Position numbers and translations under genes: made by a program. A stretch of DNA of 63,180 nt, counting the filler, from Diploschistes diacapsis (lineage: Eukaryota): assembly GCA_023645945.1 (NCBI GenBank). It is 17 parts of 17 records of this genome, joined end to end, with 100 filler letters (N's around TTAATTAATTAA, not from the genome) between each part and the next. Parts side by side here need not be neighbours in the genome. Positions count along the whole stretch, not along the records: positions 54,666 to 56,003 come from JALAIB010003291.1; positions 56,104 to 57,439 come from JALAIB010003292.1; positions 57,540 to 58,875 come from JALAIB010003293.1; positions 58,976 to 60,310 come from JALAIB010003294.1; positions 60,411 to 61,745 come from JALAIB010003295.1; positions 61,846 to 63,180 come from JALAIB010003296.1; 11 more parts are not named here. The stretch is one strand, 5' to 3'. This document shows positions 55,081 to 63,180 of the stretch, one piece after another; position 1 is the first letter of the stretch; each line of letters opens with the position of its first letter. The notes beneath the pieces are model-generated. The model was not told the DNA's origin, did not search any database, and saw only the letters and a list, made by a program, of their open reading frames with translations.

Positions 55081-55566
55081 TGTAACAGCGGGGGTAGTGC
55101 CTAATAGGGTAGCGCTATCCCCGCTGTTACAGTTATGCTTTCATTCCCCAGGTCGTTAATTCGAGCACAAGGTTGATCACCTATACAATCGAATTTGTTA
55201 CGCTACGATTGAACGTGCTACCCTGCGGGGTTGACGTCATGTGGAACATGCGGTTAGCCCCAGGTGCGGCTAGGTAACCCCGCCTCTAAGTCCATAACGT
55301 AAGTGTTAAAAACGGCTTAAACTATCCAACATACTCGGGGCGCTATATGAGACGTGGCAGATACTAGGAGCCAGCACTATAAAAAGGGGAGATAATTATA
55401 ACGCCCAAAGGTGCGCCCTAGGGTTCAGGTCCCCCTACTGCCACAGCCACGCACCTATATATAGTGTAATAGGGAAACAGTGCTTCGGGGTTCCTGAAAG
55501 CATTGTGTTAATCTTTTAGCTTAATGGGATAGCGCTACCCTATTAGGTACTACCCCCGCTGTTACA
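55081..55566 (+). mobile_element. TRIM-like element, copy 3, with a rearranged (inverted) 5' end
   Basis: Interior related to copies 1 and 2, with a PPT and a 3' LTR at 55397-55566. 55081-55121 is the reverse complement of 55526-55566. Confidence 0.8.
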
Positions 55567-56103
55567 GTTATAACTGTAAAGGATGAAATGCAGTAGTGTG
55601 ATAGTAATGGTTATAGTATTCATGAACTAATCTCTCGAGAAGAAAAGAGGAGATCCTTTTATAAAAACTCTTCTTATAATCTGCGGCCTTAGAGCGGCCT
55701 TAGCGCGGCGTTAAGACTAAATTCTTCCGCTCGCCCGGAAAATTATCATAATTATTTATTATAATAATTTTTTTTTGTTCTAGATTTCTAGAACCGTTGT
55801 TTATATTTATTTAACAACTTTTATAGAATTCCCGATATACTTCCGTTAATTCCGCGGAAGGATAACGGGTACGTATTTATTATTAAACGGGAAAGTTATC
55901 GATACGGTTTCGATTAATTAATATACGGGTTAATATCGGTTCTCCGATACGTATAACGCGGGTATATAAGTCACGGGTATTTATAAATTATAATATATAA
56001 TAGNNNNNNNNNNNNNNNNNNNNNNNNNNNNNNNNNNNNNNNNNNNNTTAATTAATTAANNNNNNNNNNNNNNNNNNNNNNNNNNNNNNNNNNNNNNNNN
56101 NNN

Positions 56104-56253
56104 GTCCGTGTCCGTGGATTTACGGAAGTACAGTGTCCGTGTTAATATCAATATTTTAAAATTTTAACTATCGTGTCCGTGTCAATGTCCGTGTTTTGAA
56201 AATTTTTGCTGCAATGTCCGTGTCAGTGACCGTGGCACGAAACGGCCAGCCTA
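56104..56253 (+). mobile_element. hAT-type MITE end
   Basis: GTGTCCGTGT repeats ending in GTGGCACGAAACGGCCAGCCTA. Confidence 0.8.
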
Positions 56254-56804
56254 ATCGGTTTAATAGGTTATATACGTAAATACGTTCTTTATTATATTAC
56301 GATAGTCGAACCGCTTAAGAAAAGTAAGGCTATATTTAACCAAAAACTTAAATCCCGGAACCAGAAGTCCGAAGATCCTATTTAAAAAAATAAACGCAAA
56401 TTTATAGCGGAGAAACAGAAACTAAAAGAACCTACGAAGAAAAAAATTTTAACCTTTAAATAACTAAGAAAAACCTTCATTAAATCCATTATACTGATAT
56501 ATCTAAATCGGAAACGTCGGTTTTACAAAAATATCAATACGAGCAAACTCTTTAATATAAGATATATATTATATCATATTAAAAAAAGTACTAAATTCGA
56601 TTCTTACGAATACCCTACTTACAATAAGATCGAGCCCATATTATTCCTATCTCAAAGATTTAACGATACCGAGTACCGGTATTAGCTAACGGAGCTAAAA
56701 ATAGTAGGCCTAATATAATTCTTACGTAAGATACGTTACTTAATCGAATCTAACGAAGTTATTTTTAATATCTTCTTTACGAATCACAGCGTAACGGTCG
56801 AAAT
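56254..56804 (+). mobile_element. Gypsy RT thumb / RNase H relic
   Basis: GLIGYIRKYV...IEPILFLSQRFNDTEYRY*LTELKIVGLI*FLRKIRYLIES...FTNHS. Confidence 0.75.
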
Positions 56805-57439
56805 TGTTGAACAAACAGGCAGAAGGCATGACTGGGAGTATAACTGAGTTCTAGAAGGAGGTTCAATTCGGCTGAACTCTGAGGTTTAGTTCAGCTGAAC
56901 TTCCTAGAATTCCAACTAGACCGAATAAGGAATAGAATAGGTAATAAAGTTTAACGTATCTTACGAGAATAAAAATCTATAAAGTAAAATAACCTCCTTA
57001 ATAAGACCTCTAGATTTCAATATATCCATTACGTTACTAAATAGGTTATAAGCCCGAATTAACACCTACTTTATTACGTTTAATCGTTTATTAAAACTAC
57101 GTTTCCCGGCAGTTATTACGATTATGAACGCGGGTACCGATTACGCTACCTAACGTAGATTAAATCGAAGAAATTTAAAAGCCTAGGATCTAAATTATAA
57201 AATCTTAAGATAAACTGATTCAAAAATAGAAGTTATATTATTTTAAAAGAACGCGGGACCTTAATACGCTGGCCTAAAATAAACCTAAATAAGAAATAAT
57301 TAGATCTAGATATCATTTATACAAATCAACGAAAAACAATTTTCTTCTCTTCTTCGCCAATATCCAAATTCAATTAAATTACGCTAAATCCTTCGATTAC
57401 CTTTATTTTTATTATAGAAGATTATTTTCTATATTATTC
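56805..57439 (+). mobile_element. Copia-type element 5' end (LTR about 56805-57043, then a half-tRNA-type PBS)
   Basis: TGTTG start. GGTTATAAGCCCG follows the LTR; the second copy at 60411-61182 (minus strand) has GATTATGAGCCCG, giving the consensus GGTTATGAGCCC. Confidence 0.65.
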
Positions 57440-57539
57440 NNNNNNNNNNNNNNNNNNNNNNNNNNNNNNNNNNNNNNNNNNNNTTAATTAATTAANNNNN
57501 NNNNNNNNNNNNNNNNNNNNNNNNNNNNNNNNNNNNNNN

Positions 57540-57841
57540 CTAAGCATAGAAGCGCTCATAATTATATATTTAAAAAAAATATTATTTACGCCGTTATCGC
57601 AGATTTTAATGAATGGAAAAATCAGTCTTTTCGAGTCGTTATTTTTAATTCGCTTAGTAAAATTAACGGCTGACAAAATCAATGTAAACCTCTTCAACAT
57701 AATAAAAAAATGAGCGAAAAATAGTATTTCGAAAAAATCACAAAAATAACGGCTAATTTCGAAGAATTATTAAACATTTAAAATATTTCTTGGCAAAAGT
57801 GGCCCACTTCTGGGGGTGGCCAACTTCCCCGTCAAACACGT
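57540..57841 (+). mobile_element. Fot1/pogo 3' end
   Basis: ATTTCTTGGCAAAAGTGGCC...CCCCGTCAAACACGT|TA, matching 53227-53283. Confidence 0.75.
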
Positions 57842-57849
57842 TACATAGA

Positions 57850-58200
57850 TTTAAAAGTAGTAAATACGGAAATAGTAAATACGAAATAGATAAATAAAAA
57901 ATACGACATGATAAATTTAAAAGTAATAGATTGAAAAGCAATAAGTTAAAAAGCAGTAGATACGGAAGCAGTAGATTCGAAAGCAATAGATTCGAAAATA
58001 ATAATTGCGAAAGCAGTAGGTTTGAAAGCAGTAAAATCGAAAGCAGTAAGTTTAAAAGTAGTATATTCGAAAGCAGTAGGTTTGAAAGCAGTAGATGCGA
58101 AAGCAGTAGATACGAAAAGCAGTAGATGCGAAAGCAGTAGGTTTGAAAGTAGTAGGTGCGAAAGCAGTAGGTACGAAAGCAGTAGGTTCGAAAGCAATAG
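57850..58200 (+). repeat. 15-bp minisatellite GAAAGCAGTAG(A/G)TNC, about 23 units
   Basis: Directly visible tandem array, more AT-eroded on the left than on the right. Confidence 0.9.
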
Positions 58201-58726
58201 AGAGGTTTGGCACCCCTGTCGCTGCGGCTGCGGGCTTGCTATCGTAGTTAGCTGAGGTCTTGGCGCTCTAGATCCTTACCTCTTTTGGCAGTATCTCCGC
58301 CGCCACAACGCAGAGTCTACGTTATTATAAATAGGCGTTACGTTACTAATAACGCCTACGGAAACCTAGATATAATTAAACGTCGATACGAAGTCTAACG
58401 GTTCCTTATCAAGCATCTACAATAATAAATACACAAATATAATAAAAAAATTATTATATATGCTTTTATAAATTATCCAACGTCGCGAAAGGTCGTCAGC
58501 GCTATATATATTTCTATAAAATATTAAAAATATATATTTACGTCAATCTTTATACCCTAAGGTGATAAGAATTATAATTATAATAAATATCGAATACCTT
58601 AATTTTTATTATAGTTCCTATTATTCGATTTCTTCCGCTTTTTTTATTGTTATCGACTCCTTATTTTCTTTTACGTGATTTAGATCCTTCGCTTTCGCCG
58701 CGTCATTAAGGGACGGCATTATACTA

Positions 58727-58875
58727 ACGCGTTTCACGGTCAGCTCGGCCACCCCCAAAGCTCGGTCACCTGTCATTGCGATATTCATTATTCTTTCGAT
58801 TTTTCTTGATAATGGCCGCTTCGCATCGAAAAGACTCGATATTATTAAAATCGGACATTAACGACTGTTTATAGA
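58727..58875 (+). mobile_element. Fot1/pogo 5' end
   Basis: TA|ACGCGTTTCACGGTCAGCTCGGCCACC followed by the MAASHRK transposase start. Confidence 0.8.
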
Positions 58876-59396
58876 NNNNNNNNNNNNNNNNNNNNNNNNN
58901 NNNNNNNNNNNNNNNNNNNTTAATTAATTAANNNNNNNNNNNNNNNNNNNNNNNNNNNNNNNNNNNNNNNNNNNNTTTATATATTATTTCGGCTGTTAAT
59001 ACTATTTTAATAACAGTTCTTTTTATTTTCTCGATAAAGGTATCTTTTTTCGCCTTTGTTATTTGGCTTTTTTTAAGCTTTATATCTTGTCTCATTTTTA
59101 ATAAAATGTTTTTCATTATTTCTGGTGTATTTTTTAATATAGATTTAAAACCATCTTCTTATTTTAGCGATTCGCTTACTAATGTTTTGTTTTTAAATTA
59201 CGAATCTCGTTCTTATTGCTCGATATGATCTAAATCTTCTTTATTAAGTGGAATAATTTTAGATCGTTTATTTCTTTCTTTTCCTTTACTTTCTTTTATC
59301 TTAATTTGGTTGCGTAAGTTTATCTTATGTGTACGTTGCGAAGAACGTGCTATCTTGTCGGATCGTCGTCTTTAAGAAAGGTAGAGTAATTAGAAC

Positions 59397-59575
59397 TATA
59401 AGAAATAAAATACGATAATATAACAAAATGGTTATACGCAGGGTAGGTTTATGCTAGAATTAATTACTAAAGAAGAGAAGAGAGTAAGAAAGGCAAAATC
59501 CCCCTTCAAGTACCAGCAAGCCAAGACCCTGAGCCGCTTGTCCGACTCTTGGCGTGCTCCTCGCTTGGCCTTACA
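59397..59575 (+). mobile_element. Solo-LTR-like element
   Basis: Homologous to 49491-49667; ends CCTTACA. Confidence 0.6.
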
Positions 59576-59943
59576 TTCGTACGATTCGTAGATTTTTAAT
59601 TAATATTTTTTAATAACGTATTTTAAATATTTTTTATTATCGTACGAAGTTTTGTATTTATCGTGATTCGATTGGCGGCGTGTTTCGAGTTACGCGTATT
59701 AAATTAATCATATCGCGTATATCGTTCTATCGCGGCGGAAAATTATATTCGATTAAATTAATCGTACGTTTAAGAATCGTTTTCTTTTTTAATAGACTTA
59801 AATTTATTAAGTTAGCTAAAATATCGTGTTTTAAATTACGATTATCGTGTTAAATAATGGTCGTCGTACGAAGAATCTTATATATTTAAGATACGCGTTT
59901 TATATTGAGATTTAGGTTTTGTTTAATAGTTTAAAGTACTATT

Positions 59944-60310
59944 TGTTACGATCCAGGGTATCGAGTGGGTACCTGGCACGTCACAACTAGTCGGGCAATT
60001 CCCAACCATTCCTTATATATAACCAACCACGGACATTAGGTTACGTGACTGACAGATATCCAGCGATAGACATCTGTTAGGGATAGATCTATTTAAATAA
60101 TTATTTATTGGTAATAGTTCTGTCGTAATAGTTCTATTGTCGGTAATTAGTTGTCGCTCTGGATTATATAAAAATACCGTTATGGTTTTTTTAAATCGAG
60201 GCGTATTTATTCTTATAAATATCTTTAACGATTATTCGAGATTAATTTATATTCGTTATTTTTTATTAACAAAAAACAATCTTTTTAAAGATTAGTATAG
60301 ACTTATAACC
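59944..60310 (+). mobile_element. LTR fragment, TGTTACGATCC family variant
   Basis: TGTTACGATCCAGGGTATC...TGGCACGTC, TATATA and GTTACGTGA motifs. Confidence 0.5.
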
Positions 60311-60410
60311 NNNNNNNNNNNNNNNNNNNNNNNNNNNNNNNNNNNNNNNNNNNNTTAATTAATTAANNNNNNNNNNNNNNNNNNNNNNNNNNNNNNNNNN
60401 NNNNNNNNNN

Positions 60411-61182
60411 TTCAAGATATATGCGTATGAGTTCGAACCATTACTATTAATTCTCTTTTCTTAGAATAGGAGCAACCCGTTTCTTAAATAAGATATCGTT
60501 CATCTTATTGTTATTTTTCGTAAATAAAAAAGATTTATTAAATGAATAACTCGTAGTTAATAATTAATTAATGAATAATATAAAGGATAATTCTTTGCAA
60601 TAGAAGTAAAGGTAGTCGAATGGGTTCAACGAATTCAGTTAAACTTCGATTATTATCGAAAGAGAAGGAGGTTGTTTTTCGTTGGTCTATACAGATGATA
60701 TCTAGATCCAATTACTTTTTATTTAAACCTACCCTAGGCCAGCGTATTAAAGTCCCGCGTTCTTTTAAAGTAATATAACTTCTATCTTTGAATCAGCCCA
60801 TCCTAGGGTCTTATAATTCAGATCCTAGGTTTTTAAATCTTTTCGATTTAATTTACGTTAAATAACGTAATCGGTGCCCGCGTTCGTAACCGTAACAACT
60901 ACCGGGAGACGTAATTTCAATAAATGATTAAACGTAATAAAGCAGGTACTAATCCGGGCTCATAATCTATTTAATAACGTAATAAATGTATTAAAGTCTA
61001 AAAATCTATCTAAAAGGTTATCCTACTTTACAGATTTTTATCCTTATAAAATACGCTAAACCCTACTATTTACATTATTCCTAAACCGGTCTAGTTGGGA
61101 TTCCAAAAGGTTCAGCTGAACTGAACCTCCTTCTAAAACTTAGTTAGACTCCCAACCATGCCTTCTACCTGTCTGCTCAACA
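60411..61182 (-). mobile_element. Copia-type element 5' end, second copy
   Basis: The reverse complement is colinear with 56805-57439; LTR about 61182-60968. Confidence 0.65.
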
Positions 61183-61379
61183 AAAACGTTAAAATCGATT
61201 TAAAGAAAATATAATCGATTCTTAAATAACCGATCTTAAAGAACGTAAAAGATATCTAATCTTTTTTAGGATTCGTTAATTATAATCGACAATTTATTAG
61301 AAATTATTTAAAAATAATAGAACTATTGATAAGACTTACTAGAAAAGATTTACCTTATAAATAAACGTAGGATTAGGAA
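61183..61379 (+). mobile_element. Gypsy RT relic
   Basis: KNVKDI*SFLGFVNYNRQFIRNY...LTRKD. Confidence 0.7.
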
Positions 61380-61745
61380 TGTTACGATCCAAGTACCAGA
61401 CTTGGCACGTCCCAGCTTTATATATAGATCAGTCACGAGACCAGGGGTCACGTGATACGCTCACTGCTTACGTTCATTTTCGTAAGCGACGAGTAAGCTT
61501 TCGCCACCGTTCGACGATCGCGTTTATTCTTATAAGCGACGAGCTTTAAAAATACCGCTCGTTGGGTTTACGATAAACGGCGAGCGAGTTAATTATATAT
61601 AAACACGACTTTATTTTCGTAAAAGAAAACGTGTTTATTTTTATAGATATTTTAAGTTCTTACTCGGGATCAATTTATATTCGTTACCTTTATTATTTTA
61701 AAACCTTTTTTTTAGAAATAGTTTAAGATTTATAATTATTTTATC
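61380..61745 (+). mobile_element. LTR, TGTTACGATCC family
   Basis: Homologous to 54666-54930; inserted into the Gypsy RT relic. Confidence 0.7.
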
Positions 61746-62351
61746 NNNNNNNNNNNNNNNNNNNNNNNNNNNNNNNNNNNNNNNNNNNNTTAATTAATTA
61801 ANNNNNNNNNNNNNNNNNNNNNNNNNNNNNNNNNNNNNNNNNNNNATAACATACCTATTTAGAAACGACGACAAACCTTTTAGACGAAAAAAACCTACGA
61901 TACACAGATCGACGAATCAAAGGCCACGATCTAATTTAATTAATTACGATAAAAGAGCTTAAAGTCTTATATAAGTTTTTGAACCAGTCGAACCTTTATT
62001 TTATTAATAAACAAACTTTTATTTCGTTATTTTTCGAAAGCGATTTCTATTATCACGATTATTGTTATTACTACTGCTTTTCGCCTTAAGAGTCGCCTAT
62101 TTTTAGTACTATTAGTCTAATAACATCCATTTACGACGCCGAAACTTAAAAAGAATAAAATCGGGCACGTGTCTACGTGTAATACGGATTAAAGACAATA
62201 AAAAGAAAAAAAACTGAACTAAACCGAAAAGAGTATAGGGCATAAAAGAAATAAATATCCGAATTAAGAAAAAAAGAATAAAGGTTTTATTTTATTTTAT
62301 TTTATTTTATTTTATTATTAAGGGACAGCAACAGTTTAAAAAGAAAGATAA

Positions 62352-62566
62352 TAAAACATCCTGAACGTTTATAAGTTCCAGGGTTGAACCCCGTAGGGCG
62401 GTAAAGCTAACATCCAGACTATTTATTTGTGCCCTACTCCCACCTAGATAGTTCCTTCTTCACCTTTTCGAATCTGAACCATTCAGCCTACAGATTGCAG
62501 CTACACGTGATCCTTCCAGATTAGGCCCAGCCCCTGGTTGTGTAGTATTCCTGTAGGGGCGTTCTA
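62352..62566 (+). mobile_element. LTR (TGGAAC family), preceded by a purine tract
   Basis: Colinear with 52030-52243. Confidence 0.75.
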
Positions 62567-63180
62567 ATTACGTTAATCAAAACATGGACAATTAGGTTAA
62601 ATTATTATTAAACGCCGAATATTTTTTTAAAAACAGATATAAAGAAATTAAGAAGATTTAGAATATATAATTATTCAATAACGAAACACTAAATAATGTC
62701 AGGAAACTCGTAATCTTAAGGAAGAATCCTCAGCTAAAGAAAGCCTGAGGGGATAAGGTTTACCTATATACGGACAATTTTAAGACACGCAGACCCTTTA
62801 AGAAGCTAGATTACGTTAAAGTCGGACCCTTTTTTATCGATAAATAACCCGTTATACCGAACGAAATCAAGCGAGTCAATTATCGATTTAAATTATCAAA
62901 AGACGCGAAGGTCCATCTAATGTTTTACTTACGATACCTTAAATTTACATATCCGGATACACCGTTGCAAGAAACCTTCTATTTCGAACCAAATAACGAA
63001 AACGAATACGAAATTAAAAAGATTCTAAATAATAATCCTAAAAGGTTTCTTATTAAATAAAAAAGATATTTATTAGAATCGAACATATAAAAATCCCTAA
63101 AAAATTTAAATAATTATAAGAACAAAATAAGGAAATATCGTAGACTTATTTAATCTAAAAGGATAAAAGTCTTATTCTTT
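62567..63180 (+). mobile_element. Chromovirus (Gypsy) integrase C-terminus plus chromodomain relic
   Basis: GDKVYL...RRPFKKLDYVKVGPF (GPY/F motif)...NYRFKL..KVH...NEYEIKKIL...FLIK*KRY...NI*KSLKNL, a RIP-mutated chromodomain. Confidence 0.8.

Noticed and set aside
57931..58255. SSRFE / KAV / LLLSN repeat ORFs
   Set aside because: By-products of the 15-bp minisatellite, with a frameshift and no gene structure.
41604..61845. Regular ~1440-bp spacing of TTAATTAATTAA, resembling a repeat-spacer array
   Set aside because: It is an artificial six-frame-stop linker inside N runs joining similar-sized contigs.

Overview
Filamentous-ascomycete (Pezizomycotina-type) genomic DNA, judged from short GT..AG introns, the gene set and RIP-like mutation. 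The window is not contiguous. It is 17 contigs joined by an artificial 100-nt spacer (N44-TTAATTAATTAA-N44): two of about 20.7 kb (1-20764, 20865-41603) and fifteen of 1341-1335 bp in descending size order. Contig 1 holds a RIP-degraded multi-exon pseudogene, a HerA/FtsK-like P-loop ATPase, a SPT23/MGA2 homolog, a Byr4/Bfa1 homolog and HSF1, then a RIP-mutated transposon block. Contig 2 holds the 3' exon of the primase large subunit in a very GC-rich patch, a DUF3824-like protein, an ENV7/STK16 kinase, two large low-complexity unrecognised proteins (one with an AT-hook array and SIM-like repeats), a Cys/His zinc-cluster protein and a flavin-reductase-like gene. The small contigs are a nested, RIP-mutated transposon graveyard: Fot1/pogo, a hAT-type MITE with an 8-bp TSD, Plavaka, chromovirus Gypsy, half-tRNA-primed Copia and solo LTRs. 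The most interesting items are a ~590-bp TRIM-like family and an LTR family that both show a Tf1-type self-priming signature, a TRIM copy with an inverted 5' end, and the HerA-like ATPase locus. All family assignments come from motif recognition; no database searches were run.
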